A stretch of 52,898 nucleotides of DNA from the IMG/VR virus record IMGVR_UViG_3300020468_000009, positions 1-52,898 of that record; one strand, given 5' to 3'. The notes below the pieces were generated by a model. The model was not told the origin of the DNA and searched no databases. It saw only the letters and a list, made by a program, of their open reading frames with translations. The position numbers were made by a program, and so were the translations under genes. Shown here one piece after another: positions 36,514 to 45,273 of this stretch. This DNA is from a virus. Its lineage: Duplodnaviria; Caudoviricetes. Positions within the stretch are counted from its first letter, which is position 1. The number at the start of each line of letters is the position of its first letter.

Positions 36514-36600
36514 ATTCTCCCTTATGCATTGCATATTTATTAATCAAGAAATAATCATTTGGTTGTTGTAATCAGCAAACAATCAGCTTATAATAAGCGT

Positions 36601-36876
36601 ATGAACACAGAAAATACTAAACAAGATATTGAAAAAGCTATTGCTAAAGCTACTGCAAAAGTACAAGGTGGGCAACAGCATTGGTATGAAAGGTTGCCTA
36701 AAGAAGCTTTACCTTTTATAAATACACTTGCAGACAGGGTGGAAAATCACGGACAGAAAGCCAACGCTAGAGTTGTTAGCGAAATACTAATGGATAAGTA
36801 TAATTTCGCAGTATCACGTAGCAGAGTGCGATTATGGTTAGTTGAACTAGAGAAACGCAATGCCGAAAAAAATTGA
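36601..36876 (+). CDS. Small putative DNA-binding (HTH-like) protein, probably leaderless
   Basis: ANARVVSEILMDKYNFAVSRSRVRLWL; TATAAT (36589-36594) 6 nt before ATG 36601. Confidence 0.6.
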   Translation: MNTENTKQDIEKAIAKATAKVQGGQQHWYERLPKEALPFINTLADRVENHGQKANARVVSEILMDKYNFAVSRSRVRLWLVELEKRNAEKN

Positions 36877-37924
36877 TACAGAATTAGCAAAGCTTATAGC
36901 TGAAGCTGAAAGCGATAAGATAAAAGATTTAAAAGATACAAATGCCAGACTACTCAAACAGATTGACAAACTCAAAGATAAGAAAGCCGACATGGTAGAA
37001 GCCGTGTTTTCTGGTGCTAGAGATGGAATGAGAACACTTCAATTTCCAGATATATCTAATCCTAAAATCAAACACAAACCCAAAACACAAACAGAAATCT
37101 GTGTCCCCTTGCTCTCGGATATTCAGCTCGCAAAGAGAACCCCAGACTACGACACTGCTACTGCAGAAGTTAGAGTCAGAAGATATGCAGAAAAGATAGT
37201 CAAACTTACAGAAATCAAAAGAGCTTCTATGAATGTAGATAAATGTGCAGTCTTATGTCTAGGTGACATTGTTGAGGGTGAGCTTATATTTCCAGGACAG
37301 TCACATTTAATAGACAGTTCTTTATATAGACAAGTGACAGTTGATGGTCCAAGAATATTGCATACGTTTTTCTCTATATTATTAGAAAATTTTAAAGAAG
37401 TAGACGTATACTGGGTAATAGGTAATCATGGAGCTTTGGGTGGTAGGTCTCGTAGAGATTACAACCCTGAGACAAACGCTGATAGAATGTTAGGAAAGAT
37501 ACTACAGACAATGTTTGCGTCAGAGAAACGCATCAAGTTTGTTATCCCTGAAGGCGTTGATAATCACTGGTATACAGTTGCTAGACTTGGTCCAAAAGCC
37601 AAGTTTTTTTGTTTTCATGGAGATAATATTCGTGGAAGTATGGGTGTACCATTCTATGGTTACAACAAAAAAATACTGGGTTGGAAAGCACTTGCATCAC
37701 AAGGGCTGATGGAAGACTTTACACACGCAGTCTGCGGTCATTATCACACACCAACATCTTTATATATTAATGATGTACGTGTATGGGTTAATGGTTCGAC
37801 AGAAAGTTATAATAGCTATGCACAAGAACAACTAGCAAGTATGGGTAGACCTTCACAATTTTGTTTGTTTGTGAAACCTACTAAAGGAGTTACTGCTGAG
37901 TATCTTGTCAATTTAGAGGAATAA
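36860..37924 (+). CDS. Calcineurin-like metallophosphoesterase with N-terminal coiled coil
   Basis: LSDIQ, LGDIVEG, GNHG, FHGD, GHYH, VNGS motifs. Confidence 0.85.
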   Translation: MPKKIDTELAKLIAEAESDKIKDLKDTNARLLKQIDKLKDKKADMVEAVFSGARDGMRTLQFPDISNPKIKHKPKTQTEICVPLLSDIQLAKRTPDYDTATAEVRVRRYAEKIVKLTEIKRASMNVDKCAVLCLGDIVEGELIFPGQSHLIDSSLYRQVTVDGPRILHTFFSILLENFKEVDVYWVIGNHGALGGRSRRDYNPETNADRMLGKILQTMFASEKRIKFVIPEGVDNHWYTVARLGPKAKFFCFHGDNIRGSMGVPFYGYNKKILGWKALASQGLMEDFTHAVCGHYHTPTSLYINDVRVWVNGSTESYNSYAQEQLASMGRPSQFCLFVKPTKGVTAEYLVNLEE

Positions 37925-38071
37925 ATGAGTACAAAAACAAAAGTGGTTGCCGTTGAGTATGCAGGGGTTGGAAGTATACCTCAGTTTATTGTAAAAATAG
38001 ACGGCTCATATCAATATGTACCTGTGAAAACAGGAGTAAATCCTATTGATGTACTATTAGAAGAAGAATAA
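37925..38071 (+). CDS. 48-aa hypothetical protein (not in ORF track)
   Basis: MSTKTKVVAVEYAGVGSIPQFIVKIDGSYQYVPVKTGVNPIDVLLEEE; RBS GAGG. Confidence 0.6.
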   Translation: MSTKTKVVAVEYAGVGSIPQFIVKIDGSYQYVPVKTGVNPIDVLLEEE

Positions 38072-38094
38072 AGCTAATACAAAAGGAGAGTGGA

Positions 38095-38868
38095 ATGGCG
38101 AAATTCAATTTGGACGACTATGAATTGGTCGAAGATAGATTAAAAAAATATTGGAAAGATAATCCTGAAGGAAGGATAGAAACAAACGTTGTACACATTA
38201 CTGATGATGGTTCATGTGTAACCATAAAAGCAGAAATTATGGACAACGAAGGAAGACTTGTAACTACAGGTATTGCACAAGAGACTAAAGGAGATGGTTT
38301 TGCAAACACTACATCATGGATGGAGAACTGTGAAACATCTGCTATAGGTAGAGCGTTGGCAAATTGGAAGTATCAAGGTAGTAAGAACAGACCTAGTCGT
38401 GAAGAAATGATGAAGGTTCAGAAAAATTCAGTAACGCCAACCACTGATAAAAAGGAGAAGGACATTGCTCAGGAGGATGGGAAAAAGGCTATGCCTCCGT
38501 CCTCCACTTCTCCAATAGAGCAAATAAAAGAAGCAGGATTTGGTGATACAAAAGGTTCTAAACATCCTAATGGTGCTTTAGCTATTGATGAAGATGGACT
38601 TATTTGTCCTTGTGGTTCTAACGCAAGAGTTAAATATTACAAAGCACATGAGAAAAGTAAACCTAAAAGTCCTGACTTTAGATGTCAAGCAATGGGACAA
38701 TGTACAGCAGGAGATACAGTAGATGGTAAAGTATTTGCTAAATCTTGGTGGATGGATAATAAAGAAACACCAGAAGCTTGGAAAGACTTTGCTGCAGTAC
38801 AAAATGGTATGTCATTACCTAAAGCAAAATCATTAGATGATATAAAACCAGGAGAAGCTCCCTTTTAA
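38095..38868 (+). CDS. Putative ssDNA-annealing protein (Rad52/Sak-like) with C-terminal Zn ribbon
   Basis: DYELVEDRL, TGIAQE, ENCETSAIGRALAN, SREEM; CPCG..SPDFRC..C; C-terminal EAPF tail. Confidence 0.6.
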   Translation: MAKFNLDDYELVEDRLKKYWKDNPEGRIETNVVHITDDGSCVTIKAEIMDNEGRLVTTGIAQETKGDGFANTTSWMENCETSAIGRALANWKYQGSKNRPSREEMMKVQKNSVTPTTDKKEKDIAQEDGKKAMPPSSTSPIEQIKEAGFGDTKGSKHPNGALAIDEDGLICPCGSNARVKYYKAHEKSKPKSPDFRCQAMGQCTAGDTVDGKVFAKSWWMDNKETPEAWKDFAAVQNGMSLPKAKSLDDIKPGEAPF

Positions 38869-38918
38869 AATAGCAGAAGCTGAGGGAGAAAGGATTAAAA
38901 AAACCTCAGCTTTGCTCT
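38869..38918. terminator. Terminator hairpin between the convergent arms
   Basis: AGCAGAAGCTGAGG / CCTCAGCTTTGCT stem with an 18-nt loop; U-tail on the minus strand. Confidence 0.7.
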
Positions 38919-38923
38919 AAGAT

Positions 38924-39214
38924 TTACTTGCTAATTTGTTTTTTTGCGTATTCTTTTACTACTACTAGAGCTGCACCACCACCTGCAATAGCTGCAAGTT
39001 CAACTGCATTTGCGTCAACACCAACTAATGGGCTAACTACTAATGCACCTATGAATGCTTCAATGAACGTCCATACGGTTTTCTCTAGCATGTCTTTAAG
39101 TGAATCACTCATTTTATAACTCCATGCTTCGTTCCAAGGAGTCCACCCCACATCCTTCTTGAATGTGCCGTCTTGGTTTCTTTTCCTATTATTCTTTTCG
39201 AATAAATCTGACAT
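38924..39214 (-). CDS. Holin (r1t-type) with N-terminal basic extension
   Basis: MLEKTVWTFIEAFIGALVV...AAIAGGGAALVVVK, two TM segments; internal Met at 39112. Confidence 0.7.
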   Translation of the reverse strand: MSDLFEKNNRKRNQDGTFKKDVGWTPWNEAWSYKMSDSLKDMLEKTVWTFIEAFIGALVVSPLVGVDANAVELAAIAGGGAALVVVKEYAKKQISK

Positions 39215-39777
39215 TATGTAATATTCCTTCCACTAAGTTTACTATTTAATACTTTGATTTCACCGCTTATCTCTTGTAACTTCTCATAAACATCTGACTG
39301 TTCAGCAGGTTTATTAATTAAATTTTCTATAGTTGTATATTCTATTGTAACTTTCTTACCTTGAAGTAATTGATTTGCTACTTTTGCATACATTTTCTTG
39401 TAAGCAACTGTACTAGAACCTATAAATCCATCTTTAGATATATCAAGGTCCTGTTGTGTCTCTCCAACTATGAGACAACCTGAGGTGTGTTCGTCACTAT
39501 TCCCCGTATGAATTAAGATATAGGTAAAGTTTGGTACGTCTTGTACGTGGAGCATACCATAATGTGCGTTCTTATATCTCTCTGAATATTTTGCATGGAA
39601 TCCACCAGTTTTTCTAAACTCAACATCGTATGTTCCTTCTGGAATACAAGTTTCATGCATGACTTTTACAGCTTGATACTGGTCTTCCAATGTATAACAC
39701 TCAAATAATCCATCAATGAATAACAAACCATTTGTTGCATCTGTACCAAACTGTGTTCTAACTACTGTAAGTTTCAT
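39214..39777 (-). CDS. DUF5675-family protein, probable endolysin
   Basis: CYTLED, ETCIPEGTY, VPNFTYILIHTGN, HTSGCLIVG; next to holin; start MKLTVVR with AGGAGG RBS. Confidence 0.75.
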   Translation of the reverse strand: MKLTVVRTQFGTDATNGLLFIDGLFECYTLEDQYQAVKVMHETCIPEGTYDVEFRKTGGFHAKYSERYKNAHYGMLHVQDVPNFTYILIHTGNSDEHTSGCLIVGETQQDLDISKDGFIGSSTVAYKKMYAKVANQLLQGKKVTIEYTTIENLINKPAEQSDVYEKLQEISGEIKVLNSKLSGRNIT

Positions 39778-39864
39778 AATCCTCCTATTTACCAAGGCTA
39801 CCATATTTAGAATTATTTATAGTAACATTTGTGTACCCATTTGGGTGCTTAAATGTCCTATACT

Positions 39865-40047
39865 TTACTTTCGGAAGCCTATTGTTAGTAACCATATACC
39901 TAATGTTATTATAGTGGCTAACCCAGTAACTTGCTGGGCAGAACCAGTTAATGTAAGTGTAGCTATAACTAAACCAACCAAAGTCCAACTTAGGTTAAGA
40001 GTTTCTTTTATAGCTTCTACAAACCAGTTCCATAATCTATTTATCAT
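39865..40047 (-). CDS. Small two-TM membrane protein
   Basis: WTLVGLVIATLTLTGSAQQVTGLATIITLGIWLLTI; ATGA-coupled to the acidic protein. Confidence 0.7.
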   Translation of the reverse strand: MINRLWNWFVEAIKETLNLSWTLVGLVIATLTLTGSAQQVTGLATIITLGIWLLTIGFRK

Positions 40048-42128
40048 ATTTGTTTCCTAAACATAAACGCAGCCATACTTGCTATTCTAGTCAAAATTAC
40101 AGGGACTACCACCTCTTGTGCTTTTTCTTTCTGGTCAGATGTCATATCATTTCCTATAGTTGCAATACTTATATCTTCAAAATCTATATCTACAAAAGTT
40201 TCTATTGGATTCTCTAAGAATGTTTCAAACTGTACCTCTGTTACTACGTCAGCAAGTGTGTAGTTTTCTACATCTGCATTCTCTACAGCTCTTTCAACGT
40301 ATTCTTCTACAGCTTCTGCTACAACTTCATCCTCTTGTATTGCTTCTGCAATGATTTCAACGTCTTCAGTCTGTACCTGTAGTACCTCAGCAACAACCTC
40401 AACTTGTTCTTCAGTAAGTATTTCAATATCATCAATAGCCTCCTCCACTACAGCCTGTATGACCACCTGTGTTTCCTCGGTGGCTTGAGATAGATTTTGT
40501 ACACCTATATCATTTACCTCTTCAAGAACTTCTACAACTTCTTCGGTGTCGAGTTCTTGCACAAAAGTTTCAATAACTTCTTCGATTTGTTCATCTGATA
40601 AATCTTCTTCCTCTATATCAGGTATCTCTATTATTTCTTCTAGTTCTTCAATCTCTTCTTCAACCATCTCTTCAGTAAGTACCTCTTCAATCTCCTCGGC
40701 AATATCTTCCACCTGTAGAACTTCAGGTTCTTCATTGTCATCTCTTCGTATATCCTTTTCGAGTAACTCATCTTTATCTTCTTTTATTTTCTCTTGAACT
40801 TCTTCTAAATCATTTTGTATATCTTCTTCAGAAGGTGGGAACAAATCTGTTTCTATATAAAATTCTACCATATCTATCTCTATTTCTTCTATATCCTCTA
40901 TAATTACAAACTCAAACTCTTCTAAATCTTCTAAATACTCTTCTACTTCTATGATTGTGTCTATGTATTCATCCATTTGTTCTTCAGATTCAAACTCCAA
41001 TATCTCAATCTCTTCTTCATATTCAAGTTTCTTAACATCTCTTTCCATTTGTCTGTCAAGCTCTTCAATCTCTTCATCTGTAAGTTCAACTTCCACATAC
41101 TCAGGTATATCAACATCATCAAAAAACTCTTCTCCGATTTCTGATTCCATAATTTGTAACTCATCTTGTTCATAATCTCTTTCAAGTTGTTCATCAGTTA
41201 ACTCAACTCCATACATTTCTAGGTTATTTTGTCTCTGTTGGTCTCTTTCTAATGTACCATCATCTATTTCTCTTTGTGAATATTCTACAATTTCACCACT
41301 ATCTAGCTCTATAGGTATATCTTTTATTTCTTCAGGTGGAATTATAAATATAGGTTCAGGCTCAGGTTCGGGTTCGGGTGGTGGCGGTAATGTAGTTGTG
41401 GTTGTTGTTGGTTGTATGTACTTAAATGATATGTCATCAAGTAGTGACCAGTCATTTATTGTTATTGTAAAGCTATCTATAAATGTATCTAAAGTGTCGT
41501 AAATGTTATAAACTACATCTTCAAACATAGTCTGTATGTTGCTGTTGCTTTGCCCTTCTAAAACATTCTCTTGTGTAGTTTCATCTGTATGTGTGTATGT
41601 AACTGTGCCATCATTATTTAATGCACCGATTCTAAAACCTACTTCATATATATCTATGTCTAATACTTCATCATCAACTGTTGTTGTATCAGGTAAGGTA
41701 AATATATAATCATTACTACTATCGCCATGTCTTTGATAATGTAAATTCATATGATAGTCAGTCATTCCACAGCACTGCCAATTACCATTACTGTGTTGGT
41801 CATCTATTTGTATATTGTTATCTACTTCATTACCTTGACTATCTAATTCATCTTCAGGTAAAACTATATCTGTAGTTTGTTCGTATGTATCAGGCACAGT
41901 TGTAGTAGTAGTTGTTGTAGTTGTGTCTGTGTTATTAGGAATAGTTGTGGTCGTAGTTGTTTCATCAGGACCATCAAATGTCTCTATCTCTTCTACTTCT
42001 CCAGGTATAGTCGTAGTAGTAGTTGTCGTTGTTGTAGTTGTATTATCTTCTTCATTAGCTAACGCTGAGAGCGGTAACATAACAAGAGATACTACTAACC
42101 ACCATTGCAGCAGCCGTGTCCGCAGCAT
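40044..42128 (-). CDS. Large acidic secreted / membrane-anchored protein
   Basis: Signal peptide (..LSALA), poly-Thr and PPPPEPEPEP linkers, long Glu/Asp-rich region, C-terminal VVVPVILTRIASMAAFMFRK. Confidence 0.8.
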   Translation of the reverse strand: MLRTRLLQWWLVVSLVMLPLSALANEEDNTTTTTTTTTTTIPGEVEEIETFDGPDETTTTTTIPNNTDTTTTTTTTTVPDTYEQTTDIVLPEDELDSQGNEVDNNIQIDDQHSNGNWQCCGMTDYHMNLHYQRHGDSSNDYIFTLPDTTTVDDEVLDIDIYEVGFRIGALNNDGTVTYTHTDETTQENVLEGQSNSNIQTMFEDVVYNIYDTLDTFIDSFTITINDWSLLDDISFKYIQPTTTTTTLPPPPEPEPEPEPIFIIPPEEIKDIPIELDSGEIVEYSQREIDDGTLERDQQRQNNLEMYGVELTDEQLERDYEQDELQIMESEIGEEFFDDVDIPEYVEVELTDEEIEELDRQMERDVKKLEYEEEIEILEFESEEQMDEYIDTIIEVEEYLEDLEEFEFVIIEDIEEIEIDMVEFYIETDLFPPSEEDIQNDLEEVQEKIKEDKDELLEKDIRRDDNEEPEVLQVEDIAEEIEEVLTEEMVEEEIEELEEIIEIPDIEEEDLSDEQIEEVIETFVQELDTEEVVEVLEEVNDIGVQNLSQATEETQVVIQAVVEEAIDDIEILTEEQVEVVAEVLQVQTEDVEIIAEAIQEDEVVAEAVEEYVERAVENADVENYTLADVVTEVQFETFLENPIETFVDIDFEDISIATIGNDMTSDQKEKAQEVVVPVILTRIASMAAFMFRKQI

Positions 42129-42141
42129 TCCATATTACCTC

Positions 42142-42327
42142 CTACATTAGTGCGTTGACCAACACCACCAATGCAGAGCCTGCAACCAACCAACCACTTA
42201 ATTCTTGTCGTGATATTTTTGAGTTTACTTTTTCGTGAAGTAAATCAATTCTTTCGTTTGTTTTTTCTTGTGTTTCAATAATTATATTGAGCAACTCTTT
42301 ATTTGTATAACCATTACCATTACTCAT
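42142..42327 (-). CDS. Small coiled-coil + TM protein (allele of 959..1144)
   Basis: Near-identical protein, divergent DNA. Confidence 0.7.
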   Translation of the reverse strand: MSNGNGYTNKELLNIIIETQEKTNERIDLLHEKVNSKISRQELSGWLVAGSALVVLVNALM

Positions 42328-42449
42328 TTTATCCAATCCCAATCTTCTTCTGTATAATTATCAGGTACATTTGGTGATACGAGGTCATCTAACCAAACAT
42401 AAAAGTTTTTTAAAAAGTATCCAAATATAAATCCGATTAAATAATCCAT
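42324..42449 (-). CDS. 41-aa membrane peptide (allele of 1141..1266)
   Basis: MDYLIGFIFGYFLKNFYVWLDDLVSPNVPDNYTEEDWDWIK. Confidence 0.75.
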   Translation of the reverse strand: MDYLIGFIFGYFLKNFYVWLDDLVSPNVPDNYTEEDWDWIK

Positions 42450-42456
42450 CAAAAGA

Positions 42457-43146
42457 TTATAGCATACGCTTTGGTCGTTTCCTTTTTATACCTTCAAATA
42501 TCGTACGAATATTTCTATGAAAATTTATACTAGCAGTTGAGTAAGACATATATTTTAGAATATCTTCTGTTGGTTCTATTTCTTTTAAGTCTATAGGTTT
42601 ATTAAAAAATATTGTGTTACATGGATTACCTTTTACTAAATTAATTGTTGCAGGTTTATTTATATCGTCCTGTACCCATGCAAGATTAATTGGTCTTAAC
42701 CAAGCATAAGGATAGAAAGAACCTATAACAGCAGAACAATTAGTTTTGTCTACATTGTCTAATGGGTTCATTAAAGACATTTCTAAATCTTTATCATCAG
42801 TTACAAATATCATACTTATTGTTTGTTGCAGTACAGCTCTTCCATCATCAGTAGCTCTAACAGATAACATATCACCCATCAATGTGTGCATATCATCAGA
42901 TGTACTATGAACTTTTTCATCTAACATATAGTTGTAATATGGTCCTTCTTTATTTATACCAAATTCTATTTGTACACTTAATATTCCAGGCAAAGTAAAA
43001 AGTCTATTATTTAATCCACCAATAGATGGACAACCATAAACATTGTTATTTATTTTCTTTAACTCTTGTTGTAATGAGGGATGCATAAAATCGTTAGGTA
43101 TATAAAAATATCCTGCTTTAGTTTTTTTTAATTTAGGATACACCAT
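42457..43146 (-). CDS. DUF6065-like paralog 4 (second copy)
   Basis: Same as 1274..1963 except DS to EG near the C-terminus. Confidence 0.6.
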   Translation of the reverse strand: MVYPKLKKTKAGYFYIPNDFMHPSLQQELKKINNNVYGCPSIGGLNNRLFTLPGILSVQIEFGINKEGPYYNYMLDEKVHSTSDDMHTLMGDMLSVRATDDGRAVLQQTISMIFVTDDKDLEMSLMNPLDNVDKTNCSAVIGSFYPYAWLRPINLAWVQDDINKPATINLVKGNPCNTIFFNKPIDLKEIEPTEDILKYMSYSTASINFHRNIRTIFEGIKRKRPKRML

Positions 43147-43865
43147 TACTTAAATCTTTTCTTAGACCAACTTGTATCACGATAATGATTTTGCATAGTA
43201 GCATTAAAACCATTTTCAGCTAAAACATCTAGCTCACCATCTTGTAGATACTCTGTCTCCATAGACCAGGACTCTCTTTGAAATGGTATTATCTGTGCTA
43301 AAGGTGTCCCTTTAGTTATAATGCCTGTAAAATCTTCTTTTAACCACATAGGAAAATGAAAGTTTAATACTTCTTTATCTGTATCTACTATGGCAGGTAT
43401 CATTCTAAGAGGTGTATCATGCCAACCAAAAGGTTGTGTAATTAAACAACTGTAACCTTTAGGTGTTTTAATTATTGTATTCCAAATGTAATTAACAACT
43501 TGACTATTGTATCCAGTAGGTGGTTCTATTATATTTGTACTTGTGTTGTGTATTGTAAATAACAGCTCATCACTATTCCACTGCAAATCAAATACATTGT
43601 CTTTGTTGTGTTGAACAATCATATCTTTACGTAGCTCTACAATATAACCTGCTTTCATAGTATCAATGAAAGGTAAACACTTTTTAAATGTCATGTTCTT
43701 TCCTTCATCTGTCATCATAAGTTTTTTATCAGGTGTTCCATCACTCATATAAACAGGTGACATAGAATACCAAGATGGCTTATAGAGATAAGCAGGTTTA
43801 GGTGCAGGTTGTATTTTAGAATATCGTTTATTTATAGCTACAAATTTAATCTTTTTGTTTAGCAT
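43146..43865 (-). CDS. DUF6065-like paralog 3 (second copy)
   Basis: Identical translation to 1963..2682. Confidence 0.7.
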   Translation of the reverse strand: MLNKKIKFVAINKRYSKIQPAPKPAYLYKPSWYSMSPVYMSDGTPDKKLMMTDEGKNMTFKKCLPFIDTMKAGYIVELRKDMIVQHNKDNVFDLQWNSDELLFTIHNTSTNIIEPPTGYNSQVVNYIWNTIIKTPKGYSCLITQPFGWHDTPLRMIPAIVDTDKEVLNFHFPMWLKEDFTGIITKGTPLAQIIPFQRESWSMETEYLQDGELDVLAENGFNATMQNHYRDTSWSKKRFK

Positions 43866-44568
43866 TACGCTTCCTAAACAGTTTCCTATATCCATTTTTA
43901 AATGAACCAAGATTATTTACATAGCCTCTGGCGGAAAGTTCTTCATCCCATTCTTGTAAAACTAAATTATACTCTTCTCTTTTATAAGGAACTATATAAC
44001 ATAATGGTGTGCCTTGTGCAATAAATACATCTTTTACACCATTCTTTAACATAATTTGTGGATTAATTAAATGATATTGGTCAGTGTGTATTATTCCATA
44101 AGCCACTTCCCAATCAGGATTGTTGTGCCATAACATTGGTATCTGCATTATTGAGTATCCATCAGGAGTAATACACTCCCAAGTGTTATCTAATTTAAAA
44201 ACAAAATCAAAATTAGAATCTCCATAATCAAGAAATTGGTCACGACTATGTATTACTATTTCTATTCCAGGTATTCCTGTTTCAAATCTCCAGTCACCAT
44301 TATCTTTGTTATACATTAATTGTAAATCACATGGTGCAGGTATTACATATCCAGTATTAAAAACATCTACAAAAGATGGGCATAACTTTGCTGTTCTTGT
44401 TTCACTGTTAGGACCAGTATGTTTGTAAGGGTCTAATGGATTATGTTCTATATCTGCAGCAGCAGGTGTATTTTTCCATATCTCAGGTATAAAATTTTTA
44501 GCAGGTTGTACAGTTACTTCTGAATTAAGTAATCCTTTTATAGGTGTTTGAAACTTTACATCTATCAT
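43846..44568 (-). CDS. DUF6065-like paralog 2 (second copy)
   Basis: Identical translation to 2663..3385. Confidence 0.7.
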   Translation of the reverse strand: MIDVKFQTPIKGLLNSEVTVQPAKNFIPEIWKNTPAAADIEHNPLDPYKHTGPNSETRTAKLCPSFVDVFNTGYVIPAPCDLQLMYNKDNGDWRFETGIPGIEIVIHSRDQFLDYGDSNFDFVFKLDNTWECITPDGYSIMQIPMLWHNNPDWEVAYGIIHTDQYHLINPQIMLKNGVKDVFIAQGTPLCYIVPYKREEYNLVLQEWDEELSARGYVNNLGSFKNGYRKLFRKRNAKQKD

Positions 44569-45257
44569 TTGTTAAATCTTCTATAACCATTTTTAAATTT
44601 AGATAATGCTCTATGCATACTGCCTTCTATCTGTGGTTTATACTTATCATAGTTATTATCTATGACTAATTCATAATCTTCTCTTTTAAATGGAACATAA
44701 TAACATAAAGGTTCACCTGCTTTAATAAGTATTTCTTTCTTGTTACTTGTATAGCAAATTTGTAAATTAACTTCATTTACTACATCTGCTTTTAGAACAC
44801 CATAAGCTACATGCCAATCAGGATTGTATTCATAAAACAGTGGTAATTGTCTTACACTATAACCTTTAGGAACAATTATTCTGTAAGGATAATTTAATTT
44901 AAATATTTGTTTTATTACAGGGTTAGGTAAAAAATTATTAAGCTGTCCTTGTCCATGCATTGATATATCAAAGGCTTCATTAGATGTTTTCCAAGCCCAA
45001 TCATTTACACCATCACCATCAACACTTAACCATATATCACAAGGTGCAGGTAAAACAAACCCTTCTGTAAATATATCTAAGAAGTTAGGACATAACTTTG
45101 CTGTTCTAAAGTTAGGTATTTCTGTGTAATTTGTTTCATACTCTACATCTGAAGGCATATTTTTATACCATTCAGGGATATAATTTTTTGCAGGTTGTGG
45201 TTGAAATTCTTTTATGTCTCTGTGTCCAATCACATCAGAAGTAAATATTATTTTCAT
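44565..45257 (-). CDS. DUF6065-like paralog 1 (second copy)
   Basis: Identical translation to 3382..4074. Confidence 0.7.
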   Translation of the reverse strand: MKIIFTSDVIGHRDIKEFQPQPAKNYIPEWYKNMPSDVEYETNYTEIPNFRTAKLCPNFLDIFTEGFVLPAPCDIWLSVDGDGVNDWAWKTSNEAFDISMHGQGQLNNFLPNPVIKQIFKLNYPYRIIVPKGYSVRQLPLFYEYNPDWHVAYGVLKADVVNEVNLQICYTSNKKEILIKAGEPLCYYVPFKREDYELVIDNNYDKYKPQIEGSMHRALSKFKNGYRRFNK

Positions 45258-45273
45258 TCTCCACCTATGTTAG

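Larger units (their letters stand above)
1383..42565. mobile_element. One complete 41,183-bp unit of a podovirus-like dsDNA phage genome
   Basis: Terminase, portal, scaffold, capsid, tail, lysis and early modules each present once per period; no bacterial flanking genes. Confidence 0.85.

Noticed and set aside
39785-39988. 67-aa minus-strand ORF overlapping the two-TM gene (spanin-like overlap)
   Set aside because: No lipobox cysteine and no clear RBS; only the last ~30 codons fall in free sequence, so it cannot be supported
41895-42045. GTT/GTA trinucleotide repeats as a contingency locus (also 735-860)
   Set aside because: They are in-frame poly-Thr codons with mixed synonymous usage
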